Source: Saccostrea echinata
Taxonomy: Eukaryota
Direction of reading: 5' to 3'
Assembly (NCBI RefSeq): GCF_033153115.1
Contig: NW_026889778.1
Coordinates: 44,206,001 to 44,270,000 of the forward strand
DNA length: 64,000 bases
This document shows positions 38,645 to 51,805 of the stretch, one piece after another. A model generated the notes under the pieces. It saw only the letters and a program-made list of their open reading frames with translations. It was not told the origin of the DNA and searched no databases. Made by a program: the position numbers and the translations under genes. Position 1 is the stretch's first letter; every line of letters begins with the position of its first letter.

Positions 38645-41324
38645 ATGAAATTGCTTGATGTGTTCACCGGCATACACATTATAAATCTTGTCAGTTATGT
38701 AACTGTATGGAAACAGGAGAAAAGATATTTTTCTGAACAACATTTTTCTAAATTTTTGTGAAAAAAGTGAGAATTTCCGTAATTAAAATTCTTTTTATGA
38801 AAGATTTGTTTTTGGATAATTTTGCCAGATTTTTTTTATCTCAAAAAATTGTATGTTTAAAACAACACGTAAATTAATGTCTAAGATATTAACTTAATTG
38901 TTTGAAACGTTAAATTGCTTTTTTTCCCACTTTCAGATGTTTTGTGTTTACACAAAGGAAAACATATTACGAACCCGAGACTTGTTCCACCATAGACAGC
39001 ATCATCATCAACATGATGTTTACCGGTATATATGCCCAGAAAACAAAAGTTATTTGATCTACCTGTCTGTCTACATCCATACAACTTAAGGGATCCTGAG
39101 TCGACGCATTGCCGTTGGATCCCTGACAAATTTCATTCGATATTCTACGTGCTTTTGCAGCGATATCTTTCAGGGAAAGTAAAACTCTGAATTGTTTTCT
39201 CATCTCTCGACCATTCACGTGAATCCTTTCGCTGATAAACCACCTGTAGCATGTGCATTGATGTGTCAACTGCTTTCTTCATGTTTACCTTTTATATCAA
39301 CTGATAAAAGCCCTGATCTGATTTATGCTTCAAAATAAGAGAAGCAAGCTCGTAGAATATCAAATGAAATTTGTCAGGGGTCCAACGGCAGCGTGTTTAC
39401 TCAGGATGTCTGACGTTGTGAGGATGGTTTTCTCTATCTACAATATTAATATTGCCCTTGGCAGTGGAAGTACTTTACTAATGTCATGCATAATAATGGT
39501 TTGTTGAAGTCAAGAGGTAGATAATTTTCTGATATGACTTCTACATGTAACCAATGTCATTTGAAAGGAGTCAAGGTCACGGGAATTATATGGAAGCAAG
39601 AAACGCGCAAGGGGCCAAAAACTTTGTATCGTAGAAATCTAAAATTATTGTCCTTGCCTCAATGGTAGCTTGTGACTAGAAATCATAAGTGTTGGAAAAT
39701 ATCATAATGTTTACAGTAAATTGTAGAGCTACAAGTGTACTTATGTGCACAGGATTTACAACAAATCTACGTAAATGATGGGCTTTGAAGGTCGAAGAAT
39801 TGACAACGTAGAGGTTACACGATTGCTGCCAGGGTTAGAATAGATCTAGTCTGGTCAAGTTTGTATGCATTATAACTGTCGGGGATATTTCAAGTTCACA
39901 AACACATCTTAACTACATATGTTTTCATTATTGATGATTTTGTTATGAAATTTAAAGGTAGAGGAAATAAAGCTTTCATAGCCATCTTTATTATTGTTAA
40001 TTTACTGGATATTTTTATTCTAGGTATTGCTATTGAAGCTAGTGCAATTTCTGGTAAAAATCAATGCTTAATTGATGAGTTTGCTGCGAACGTCGGGGTT
40101 TTTCAAATCGCAAGATATGTGATACTTGATAAGCAACATAGAAAACTTTGTCCTTTGCGGATGGATCTCTTTCTGATAGACTCATCAGATGAACAAAAAT
40201 GTAATTTATGGAATCTGTGCAATAGACAAGTTATCTCAATATATTTTCAAGGTAACATATAAATCAGTTACAAGTTTCAATTGCTGTACATGTCAATATT
40301 TCTGTCTCAATCATATCTAAATAATGTTCTAGATGGAAGATATCACCATTCTCTCATAGTTTAATTATAATACACCGTTAAAATGTACTAAAATACTAAT
40401 CTTGTAAATAAAGTTGATTTATACATCTATCTAATATAAAGCGTTTAAAAAGCTGACATATTTGCATGAAAAGCATAAATATTGAATCCGACGGAAGAAG
40501 AAGCTATAAAACAAAACAAAAAGCCCATCTTTCAAGGTTATAGCAGAACTTTTTTTTTCAATTGTCAGAAAACATATTTTTATTTCTTCTAAATAAATCA
40601 TTTCTATTTCCCATCTGCGATGACAAAATACCACTCAGTATCTCGTTCGGACGACTTAGTGTCTTGTACGTACATGTATAAAATAGCAAAAAAAATGTTT
40701 GGCAGCAATACATGCACCAAGGCGAGACAGAATTTCTTTAGTTTTTACAAATCACGGAAAAACATTAATTCATAGCGTCAATCTCGACATGGAAAATTCT
40801 TTTTAAATGAATATGTACAAAAGATATTTTGACAATTCCTACAGAAAAAAAAGTTATTGAACACTTGCTACTTTCAAAAATTTGGAACTGTACAGATCAA
40901 TTAGGAAGTTCACCTGAGCACACCCGGTTAATACTCCTATATACGCAAATAATATGACTTTCAACGACTCAAACATATAGTTAAATTATAAACAAATCGC
41001 GTTTGCATGGATATCTAGGGATTACAATATTGTGTAAGTCAGAGGTCTATCATTACATTGTGATATTCAGTGACCTTTGAGATATTGTCAGAATCCTAAC
41101 TATTTGTTTAATTAACCCTATTTTGAAGAATTCGAAAGTTAAATATCAAATAAAAAAGTAAAAATGTGTAAATTTTGGGAAACTTCCTGTTCATTTCTTT
41201 TTGAAAATAATAAACTGTAAGTACGTTATTTAAATATATTAAATAACTTACAGTTTAATATTTCTAACAAAAAAATGAACAGAAGGTTTCCCAAAACATA
41301 TATATGTTGAAGAAAAATGTACGA

Positions 41325-41358
<34 letters not shown>

Positions 41359-43225
41359 TAAGAATGTTTACTAAAATATGCAATTTGTTTAGGATGTGAA
41401 GTAACAATGTGTTCTTCTTCTAACAAATATAATGGTAAGTCAGTAAAAAAAAACATTAGTAATTCATTGCAATCAATAATGTACAATATACGAGTGCATA
41501 AAGTTTTCGGAAGATTTCGGAAATGAAGATGATTAAATTTACTACTCAAGCCATTTTCATAAGATGCTTTATCAAATGATTGCCAATGTGAAAAACCTAC
41601 GCGACGTCCCCCGCGAACTTTTCATATTAATGTTTGGGTTTTTTTTATTCAAATGAACATAAATTGAAAATACGTAAACTGCTTATTTCTTTTTTTGTCT
41701 GGAACGTATTTGGTAAAATAGCATTTTTTCTATGTGGACTAGGAATTGTCATGTTTCTGTGACGTCTGAATTGTAACGGAATATATTTTTATGATCACTA
41801 TTCCTTGCATGTTCAGCTTTATGTGACATTCAGGCATATTTTGAAAAAAAAAAACTGCTTATCTTTTCAGACTCGGACAGGATTACAATAACGGATTTTT
41901 CAAAAGCAACTACCTTGAAAAAGAAATGGAACTTTTTTAACATACCTACTGCTCAATGTAATTTCAAACAAACGTGTAATTACAACAAAAATAATAACTG
42001 CGAAGAAAAAAGGTCAAATGATACCAGTTATATCCTTACAGAAGGTATTCAAGATTTACTCTTGATTTGATCGTAATATTCACGTGTAAATCTCTAATTT
42101 TGTCTTCATCCTTCCATCCTAGAAATGTCATTAAATATATCATTATAATGATTCAAATTCTAGTATTTCTATAATTATGATGGATTTGCATTAAAGCATT
42201 TAATAACAATACAAATAGTCAGGTGCATGCTTTGCATGATTTCTTAAGATATCTGCAGAGTACTCTATTGTTTGCCGTTTGCATCACGGACTGCATATAC
42301 TGTCATTGAAGACTATTTTTATTCGTTATTAAACGTTACAAGTTGAAACTCAATTGCAGGAAATGTATCACATATATTTACTGCAGCGAATATCGGAGGT
42401 TCCCTTACTGGTTTTGTTACTGGGGTGATTCTCGCGTCACTGTCGTGCCTTATCTTTCAACAATGCAGGTTCATATATTTTATAAAATATAACATTAAAA
42501 ATAAATGGAAAAAAGTGTGGTTNNNNNNNNNNNNNNNNNNNNNNNNNNNNNNNNNNNNNNNNNNNNNNNNNNNNNNNNNNNNNNNNNNNNNNNNNNNNNN
42601 NNNNNNNNNNNNNNNNNNNNNNNNNNNNNNNNNNNNNNNNNNNNNNNNNNNNNNNNNNNNNNNNNNTACAGTATGTACATGTATAAAAAGGATTACAGAA
42701 TTACATCTTAATGGTCAAATATTAAATATGTTTTTGTCATTTTAAGCAAGCTTAATTATAAAATCACTTGACACTATTTTTAAGAATGGAAATCAAACGT
42801 TTTGAAAAATCTTTTTTTTTAAATGATTGTTGCACTTATTGTGTGATTTGCTTTCAATGTTTTTCAGTTTCATAATACATGTACGTATGTTTGCATTTCA
42901 AAATGAATAGGAAAACAAAACTCAAAGCTCGCATAATTGCTCCCTGGGTGCTAGGAAAGAACTTGGATCTCCCCTTGAGAATAATAAATTTTTCCCAAAA
43001 GAACATAAAGCGACTGAAAATCGCTTGTTTGAAGTGACGTCATCAGATTCTGAGAAAATATATGAAGACTGCATTTCCAGAAGGGGTCTTCATAATAAAA
43101 ATAACTTTAGTCAAAACATTCGATGTTCAAGTGTTTCCAGTTCAGATGAAGAATGTTCTAAAATGATTGAAACTGATGCAGCTTATCTGGAAGTTATTTG
43201 TAATGACTACATTTATGTCGAGTAA
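38645..43225 (+). CDS. Paralog of gene 1: Cys-rich type I membrane protein (gene 2; splicing of the first and last coding exons ambiguous, possibly a pseudogene)
   Basis: Exons 38645-(38724 or 38757), 38937-39025, 40024-40251, 41393-41434, 41871-42044, 42360-42468 and about 42911-43225. Same intron phases and Cys pattern as gene 1 (CFVF..ETC; RYVI..RKLC..RM..YFQ; CxxxxC; IP...C..KQ.C...NC). TM IGGSLTGFVTGVILASLSCLIF. Confidence 0.78.
39076..39428. mobile_element. MITE with ~75-bp imperfect TIRs in a gene 2 intron
   Basis: tgccgttggatccctgacaaatttcattcgatattctacg is inverted as cgtagaatatcaaatgaaatttgtcaggggtccaacggca. Confidence 0.75.
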
Positions 43226-44739
43226 TGAGTCAAAGTATGGTGCAGTTTGATCTGTACGTACCAACCACTGGAATTCCTGATGTATTATTTGATTTACAAA
43301 CTCTATCGCTAAGGTTCGACGAGACATCAGGATAAACTGAATTGGCAGGGTGTTTGGACATACCAGGTGATCCTTTTTACTAGTCTAAGTATATAGAGCT
43401 CTACCTTTTTCTATGTACCAAACAAGAAATGTCAAGCAATGTGATATATCTCGCCCTCGCCAGATCTTGACATGACATGCAAATAAAATTATACAGGCAG
43501 GGAATTCAACACATGCAGATACCAATCATTTTGTACATTTGAGTGGAATTTATGGAAATTCGTGTGTGATGAATTCAAATAGTAAATTTAAATGTAATGT
43601 AGCATTACAGAAGACATTTGTTTTGTGTCATGTTTTAATTATATCATTACAATGTAAAATATTTTTTTTCAAATCCAATTATATGTCACTTATTGGACAC
43701 TTTGTCACAATTCACCATTCTTTTGATCACTTTTGCTCTTATTTCATCGTCTTTACATGTACGTTTATATGCAGCATACGAAATAAATGTCATCTTCCGA
43801 TGTAACGCCGCCTGTTGTTTAATACTTCTTAAAAATGATCTCTCGTAACAAAGAACGCTGGTATCCAACGTTAATAAAATTTATCTCGGTATATTTTTGA
43901 TATAACTGACTAGTCTGGATACAGAGGAAAAAAAGTCATTAATTATTTTTTTATTCTTCGTGAAAATAATTCTATCAAAATCGACCAGGTATTTGAAAAA
44001 ATGACTAAATTAAATAAATTATTGGATAAGAAAGTCTTTCAAAGATACTGTATTTATAAACGTTAAAAATAATCTGCCTCCCGATTCATTAAATCAACCT
44101 AAACAACTTTCTTCTGTCTGCAAGAGTTTGCTTATGGCTTGCCACATTTTTAGAAAATTTTATTTTTGCAATGAATGGTATTTCCTTCACTACATACATG
44201 TATACATGTGTACAATATATTTTATCTAATGTACTCTTGAAATTACAGAAAATTAAGGCATCGACACAAGCAGTGAAAACTAGCAATATTTCTGTGGATG
44301 CACTGATTTTGCCTCTTAGCAAATGTTTTTTAAGATGGGTTGATTAACGATTAGCCAATTTAGAGCAGGTTTCTATTTGAGAGGAATTACAGAGCTGCAT
44401 ACTAAGGAGAATTCAATTATTTCCAGTTCTTATTATCAACTTATATTTATGCAGAAATACTTTGATGACTAATTACATATATGTCTTTTTCGATTTAAAT
44501 TGTAAGGGCATCAAAATAATTTTCATCTCATTTCATTTCATTTAATAAAGAATTGAACATTTTAATTTGATAATTGGAGTGTGTGTGTGTGGGGGGGGGG
44601 GGGGGGGGGTATTTTATCAATCATACATGTTAATATTTCATTTCCATTGCATCAGGTATACAAAAATACACAAAAGTAAATTTTGTAACACCTTGTAATT
44701 CAACTATAGTGATGAAGCAGACAATAATCTAACTAATAA

Positions 44740-45060
44740 TGAACTGTAAAACTGAGGCCCCAAGGGGGCATTATTTCAACAAATTTTAAACTATGATACC
44801 CCTATGTCAGAAAACTTTGTCATTAGTTTCAGCTTTTTGGGGTTTTTTCTAGAGAAGAATTCGAAATGACAGAGCCAAAATTTCCTTAATTTAAACTCTA
44901 TTTCTTAATTATTTCCCCATTTTCAATTTCTTAATTATCTCCCCTTGGAAGAAGGTGTGACTGTCATTTGAATAAAGTTTAATCCCATTATTCAATTGTA
45001 CTTCATGTCAAATTAGATTGAAATGACCCCATGGTTCTGGAGAAGAAGATGAAGTTGAAA
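44740..45060 (-). mobile_element. HINE/Cg170-type fragment
   Basis: aattatctccccttggaag ... ggttctggagaagaag is the reverse complement of the 5' part of the 62513 element. Confidence 0.65.
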
Positions 45061-45157
45061 GAGTTGTACTAATAGATATTCACGAGCACAACCAAACACT
45101 AAATTTCTAAACATGTTTTTCTGTTGAATAAAAAAGTTTGGACACACTTCACGATAT

Positions 45158-45420
45158 ACGCAATGAATGAGATATTTGAAACACTTCCAGAAACAGTAAA
45201 GTTCCAGGAATTCCCGTTTAAATTGCCAGTCTGCACCACCCAGAAAATGATCGTTTTCATGAGATATGAAAACACTAATGGTTTTTCCTTTTTAGCATTT
45301 TAAAATTATCTCTTTTAAAAAAAACTTTAAAATCCCATAGCAAAGAAATTGAGTATGAGTCATTTCATAAACTAGTTTCTGTTTGGCTTCAGAAAACGAC
45401 ACACACACTATCTCTCTCTC
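45158..45420 (+). repeat. Diverged ~270-bp non-coding block, copy 2
   Basis: Collinear similarity to 33720-33990; contains TTCCAGGAATTCCC at 45202-45215. Confidence 0.8.
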
Positions 45421-45626
45421 TCTCTCTCTCTCTCTCTGCTGATTCACATCAAGGAGGATTTTATTTTTATTTATTGTATAAGTAATAAAAATAAGTAGTC
45501 TCCACAAGATGTTTGACATATAAAATTTGTCATTAAATGTGTCAGAACGCTTTTGCAAATTCCCGAGTCTTAACTGTACTTTTTAGTGTTATGTGTCCGA
45601 ATGTTTAAAAATGAATTGAAGCAACC

Positions 45627-45876
45627 ACTGATGATAAAAAAACCGCTTAATGATAGAAATATCAATAAGCGTTGCAATTGCAACGCTTAATGTCAGAAAT
45701 TAGCGCATTTATAGTTGATATTCTCAACCGCTAAAACTAAATCGCCGCTTAATGAAGGAATTTTATCATTAAGCGTCAGAAATGCAGAGCAGCCACAACG
45801 CTTAATGAAACAAGCAAATACCTACAAGGTCGACCACTAATAATACAAACTAAATGTACCATTAAGCGTTGCAGTA
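45627..45876. repeat. CGCTTAATG/CATTAAGCG motif cluster (small TIR-element remnant)
   Basis: About 7 copies in both orientations, ending cattaagcgttgcagt. Confidence 0.55.
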
Positions 45877-46059
45877 TCACTCTCAATGATACATATTTTC
45901 ACCCCTCCCCAACTCGGGGACTTGACGTCATGAACATTGTAATTTGTGTGAATATGTAATTATTAGGCGGGGGTCTATATCATATTTCATTTCTAAACGA
46001 TCTTGACTGGTGAGATATATTAAGAAGTCCCCCCCCCTTCATATCCGAAGCCCCCTTTA

Positions 46060-46770
46060 ACAGAGCTGCGTGAATACAGATTCCAATTGGGACATCAACT
46101 GTGTCAAGAATTTTTCTGACAACCCTTCTTGTACTGTATATGCGGTTGAAAGACTTCATCTATTGGCCAAGCAGGGAGGAACTTTGGAAAATAATGCCAA
46201 TGGAGTTTCGAAAATTCTTTGGCATGAAAATGGCTGTTGTGATTGACTCCTTCGAGATATTGATCGAAAGACCATACAATTTACTCGCAAGAGCTGCTAT
46301 ATGGTCCTCGTACAAACACAATAACACCATAAAATATTTGATCGGCATCACAAATCAAGAGTGCATTTCATTCATATCAGATATAAGGGGAGGTCGAACA
46401 AGTGACAAATACAACACTGACCACAGGGGATGTATAAATAGACTTTTGCCAGGAGATATCGTTCTCGCAGGCAGGGGATTTGATATCCAGGAGAGGATGG
46501 GACTTATGTGTGCTAAAGAGAAAATTCCAAATTCTCAAAAAACTCAACTTTCTGCTAGAGAAATTGAGAACACTAGTAAAACAGCCAAAGTTCGTATCCA
46601 TGTTGAGAGAGTTATTGGACTGTTGCGAAATAAGTATATGATATTTTCTGATACCATGCCATTTGACTTTTAAGTGACTTCTGAGGAAAATCAGGTTCCA
46701 GTGGTTGACAAAATTGCTACTATATGTTGTGGACTTAGAAACTTTTGCCAATCTGTAATTCCATTTAACA
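46060..46770 (+). pseudogene. ISL2EU/IS5-like DDE transposase (DDE_Tnp_4), N-terminally truncated
   Basis: VVIDSFEILIERP, WSSYKHNNTIKYLIGI, GGRTSD, PGDIVLAGRGFDI (expected catalytic D of ADRGF reads G) and RIHVERVIGLLRNKY. Confidence 0.88.
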
Positions 46771-47467
46771 AATGAACACGGTATGTTTTTGCATTGTATG
46801 TAACATGTGTAACGTGGAATAAATCCCATGTGGTTGATAAACCTGTAACTGGATGTTGTGGACATACAAACTTATGCCATTCATTAACATGATTAATGAA
46901 TGTTTTCGCATGTTTTTATATGTAGAAAAAATCTCAAGATTTCACTGAATGTGATTGAGATTTGTTGTGTTCAGGTAATATCCATTTTAAATGACCAATT
47001 TAATCATTAGTAAGGACACGGGATAGTCAGAATGACTTGCTTAGAAAAATGTGATGTGTTTTAGCAATATGAAAATCTGTGCAAACTGTTTCAGATTGAC
47101 AAATTTATGCATTTCTGTTCGAGTATCCTGTGTCCATACTTTGAGTTTGAACCATTCCCGCTCCTTTCTTAAACTTTCTTAAAGCTGTTTCCTCATGTTC
47201 ACATCCCCAGCGAGTTGCATTTTTGGAGCATTTTTCTGTGGTTGAGTGGCAGATGGCATTTACCAAACTTTTTGATGGATTGTCAATGGATGTACCACAC
47301 ACATTTTTTATTCGAGAAGTGTAATCCTCCCTGTTCGCATATGATGCCATATTTTGTTCCTAGACTGATTTGTAGTTTCTACTTCTGAATCAGTTAACAT
47401 GCATCGCTCCCCTGTCACACACAAGGAAGCAATTATATATTCACATTTGGCCAAGCACTCGTCCTTA

Positions 47468-50128
47468 CCCAGATAGCAAGACATTGTTGGGCCAACGTTG
47501 GCCCAATTTTTTTCCAACGTTGGCCCACTGTTGGTAGTCCTACGTTGGCCCACGGTCATTTTGTTCATCGGCCCAACGTTGGTCCAACATGATGGCATAT
47601 TGTTGGGCCAACGTAGGTATAATTGTAAGCCAACTAACAGCCAACCTTAACAACTGGTTAGTTAGGTTGGCCCAATGTTGGGCCTTTGTTGAAATGTCAG
47701 ATGGCATATTGTTGGACCAACGTAGTTATTATAGTAAGCCAACTAACAGCCAACATAGAAACAAAATTTGCAATCGGTTAGTTAGGTTGGCCCAACGTTG
47801 ACCCTTCCTTGAATGATTGGTCCGATATTTACGGTTTATTGGCCTTAAGCTTCTTTCTGTTGGGCAATTGTTGGATGAAACTTACATCTGTTTAAATAAA
47901 TTGAATGAATACTACTGAAAATACATTTATAAATAATTCTTTATATAGACCTTTCTCATAATTGTTTTAAAAAAAATAATACACACTTCAACCTGCATTC
48001 ATAATGCATACGTGTTCAAAGAAAACATAACAAGTGATTCACTGTAAAATTATTTTATAGATATATATCAATTCAATCAGAATTTACAAAATTACTTTTA
48101 AAATAGATAATGGTGGAAATGTATGAAAAAATATTGATTTAAAGTTCTTAATCCTGGCTCACTTCCTCTATCACTGTCCTTTTGTTTTGTTTCTCGCTCT
48201 TTCTTTTTTCCTCCCTTTTTCGCCTCCCCAGGCCTCCATCTTGATCTTAGGCATACGTACTTCATACAGTCCTTTATGTTCTTCACTTTCATTGTCAGTT
48301 ACCGCTACAACATTTGTTTTCCTTACAGTCTCTGATTGAAAATACAAATAATTTGGTGTTGGAAACAAAACAAATACTGGTACAGACTCCAATATAATCA
48401 TGTAATTAAGTCTTTTAAAGACAACGATGTAAAATACTACTAGTACATGTTGATCTATAAACCTTAGTATCCTTGTTAAAATCATAATCGTGTATGCAAT
48501 AGGCAATAGATGGAGACAAGTTGAAAGATGTTTTTTACCTTACTTATTATTGTATTTCTTAATGAGCACTAGAAGTTATTGTAAATAAAAGTTTAAAGTA
48601 CATGTACATGATGTATGTGTAAACTGTATACACATATATAATTCATATTTACATTAACTTATATAGTGCTTGTGAGCATAAACAAGAAAAGGATGAATTC
48701 CGAAATTTTAACAGTAAACTTGAATTAATAAGAATAATTATACTTACATCGCTTCTAAGATGCAGCTGTAACAACGGTATAATCCATAGTTTTAAATCTC
48801 CCTTCTTACTTGCTCTGCATTTTGAGTCTATCACCCACCTGTGAGCAATTGAATCTGACAGCTCACTCAACAGTTTGGTGTTTTAATCGCCGCGACTCTC
48901 CAAGCATTAGCGAACGCCTAACTTCTGTTTCAATTTAATTATAAAGCTTTGTTATCTTGATTTATGTATATGTAGGCTTCATTCAGATCCTGTTCTTGGG
49001 AACTTTTTAAATGTTATTCAGTCTTCTCTTATTCTCATGAATACAACGCTCATGAAATAATTCATAATTTAGAGCTAAGGATTTTAAAACTAATAAATAA
49101 TCATGCACCCACTTAAAAAAAAACAGAACAAAAAACTATTGGTGCTGTGATCACTTTAGTTCAAAGATAAAAATGGTGAAAATATCAGATCTAAATAGAT
49201 GCAGTCATCCAATTAAAAGCAAAGACAGCGAATGCCCTCTATTATTTCAGAATGTGCATCTAAATTAATGTTTTGCATTCAAATAAGCTTGCAACACAAC
49301 AGTTCAATGGGACAACATTGGGAACATAACGATTTAAGAACTTGGAACCAACGTTGGCCCAACGTAACGCTCATCAGCTTACACCATCATTTAGTTGGCA
49401 GTACAATAATTGGGCCAACATTGGCCCAATATAAATATCCCATCTTGAAACACTTATACAGTGATCCCCCGTTATAACGCCAACATTTGTACCTTGGTCA
49501 TTTTGGCATTATAACGGGGTTGGCGTTATATCGGGGGGAGAGAAGTGACGTGCACAAATAAATGAAAACAAATTTATTATCAATGTACTACATGTATTTC
49601 AAGATTTTAATGCCTTTATATCAAAAAAACAAATATAGAAGCTTACGTATGCTTGTCAGAAAATCACTGTTTTTTGAAAAACATATAAATTGTTGATTGT
49701 TTTGATGGTTTTATTTTAATAGCTACATGTAATCGCAGTAAAAAGTTTATTTCAGATTCAGTTGTTGATTCTTTTGATTCTAAATGCCGTAACAAACATT
49801 CAAGTCCCTGTCTGGCCTCTACGTATGTAACATCGGGCCAACGCTGGGCCGACGTACTACTACCAACTTGATTAGACATTTTCAGTAAAGGTGTATTACA
49901 AACGTTGGGCCAACGTTGGGCCAACATTAGAATCCTAACTCCCTTTGAAAGTCGAGCGAATATAAAAGTTGGTTACGTTGGACCAACGTTGGGCCAACAT
50001 AGCAATCCCAACATGATCAAGAAGGTTGTCATGGTTACATTGGTCCAACGTTGACCCAACGTTGTCCACCCAACGCCAACCATACAACCATTTACAAATG
50101 TTGGCCCAACGTAGTCATGCTATCTGGG
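47468..50128. mobile_element. Non-autonomous TIR element (EnSpm/CMC-like) with CCAACGTTGG subterminal arrays
   Basis: TIR CCCAGATAGCA / TGCTATCTGGG; TA TSD (47466-47467, 50129-50130); many ttgg(g/c)ccaacgttgg palindromes near both ends. Confidence 0.85.
49459..49828 (-). mobile_element. pogo/Tigger-like transposon 3' fragment
   Basis: TA|CAGTG terminus. Minus-strand C-terminus ...EARQGLECLLRHLE...KQSTIYMFFKKQ* includes a PIP-box-like QxxIxxFF, as in pogo transposases. Confidence 0.65.
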
Positions 50129-50910
50129 TAAATAGTGTCTCACATTCCTCGCTATACAGTTGTGAAAGTAGAGTTGGAAAGGCTTCTTCAGTGCACTTTG
50201 GTACATAATTATGCATTTGAGAATTCCTCCTTCACAATCAGAATGACTGGATTAGTATTATAGCTGTGGAGTTTTCTAAGAAATGTAGAGATTTCGACTT
50301 CAGTAGGTGGAGGAACATCTGGAAGCGTCATCCCTCCTGCTCGCCTATTGGTGTTACCAGCAGTTATGTTGTCCTTCAGAGTTTTCTTATTTGACTTTGC
50401 TCACTGAAAGTTTATGTCTTTAATAGTTTGTACTGCGCTTTCTGCAAGCCGGATGTGTGTTTCCAATATGTAGGTACTTCTGTCACAGTCTTTGAGTTTT
50501 TGATTTTCCCTCCTGCTTCGATATAAAATAGCAGGGCACCAACATAGCTACAGGCCTCTCTGAGTCATGATTTGCAGTTACAATGTGTAGTTTCTATTGT
50601 TCTATATTTCTCTGCTATCGTCCATGGTTTCAGAGGAGCGTCATTCATTCTCTGCGAAGGACGAACCTAAAAAAGAAGATATTTATATATAGCTATTTCG
50701 TATAAATTTAAGACATNNNNNNNNNNNNNNNNNNNNNNNNNNNNNNNNNNNNNNNNNNNNNNNNNNNNNNNNNNNNNNNNNNNNNNNNNNNNNNNNNNNN
50801 NNNNNNNNNNNNNNNNNNNNNNNNNNNNNNNNNNNNNNNNNNNNNNNNNNNNNNNNCAGTGTCCGGTTTTTATATAGATAAAATTAAAAAAAAGAAAGGC
50901 AACACAGGTG

Positions 50911-50948
50911 AAAACGTTAGCGCTTTCATTATTATCTTCAGACGTTTT
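50911..50948 (-). ncRNA. Minimal type I hammerhead ribozyme (inverted pLTR copy)
   Basis: Reverse complement reads AAAACGT-CTGAAGA-TAATAAT-GAAA-GCGCT-A-ACGTTTT. Confidence 0.75.
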
Positions 50949-51805
50949 ACAAATACATAATAACGTTTTCCTGACTGTAATGTCTAACAAAACTATTAAT
51001 ACTTTAAAAATCATTATCTATAATTGAATCTGACTATAAAATGCTTTGAACATTTTAAATGATATCTTGAATGAATTAGACCCAGATATTAAATTTACAT
51101 TGGAAAAAAGTTCCATTCAACTGCCATTTTTAGATGTGTTAATCTGTAAAGATAACAACAAAATTTCTACAGATATATTTTATAAAAATACTGACACTCA
51201 TCAGTATTTGCATTCTGGTTCTTCCCACCCACGACACATTAAAAGAGCAATCCCATACAACCTAGCCCGAAGAATATGCACAATAGTCAGTGAGGAAGAA
51301 ACCAGAAATCAACATCTGGAGGAATTTAAAATATATCTCACATACCAACATTATCCTTTAAACTTAATTAACGACGGCATCAAGAAAGCAAAGGAACTAG
51401 ACAGGCAAGAATTAATTAACCCAACTGCTAAGGGTGTAGAAGAAATTAAAATATTACCACTAGTCACAACTTACAACCCTGACAACCAAAATATTACTCC
51501 TATCGTTCAAAATCTCAATGATATCCTCAAAACAGATGAAGAAATGTCAAGTGTTTTATCAAAATTTAAATTTATAAACAGCAAAAGGTAGCCAAAAAAC
51601 TTCAGAAGAATGTTCTGTCCTTCCAAAATAAGGAAATCTGCAAAATCCGTGACGAAGTGTAAAAACCCGCGATGTGGCACATGTCCTTTTTTAAGACAAG
51701 GAACGTCATTCAATTTCAGAGGAAAAGATTTTTTTTAATTAATTCAGACATGACATGTGAGTCCAAAAATTTAATATATGTTATTACTTGCGCAGGATGT
51801 AACCA

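Noticed and set aside
38725-38936. U12-type AT-AC intron
   Set aside because: The donor reads ATATTTTT, not ATATCCTT, and the acceptor is AG.
38898-39089. His-rich 63-aa ORF
   Set aside because: Wrong frame; the phase-2 frame of exon 38937-39025 is the one homologous to gene 1.
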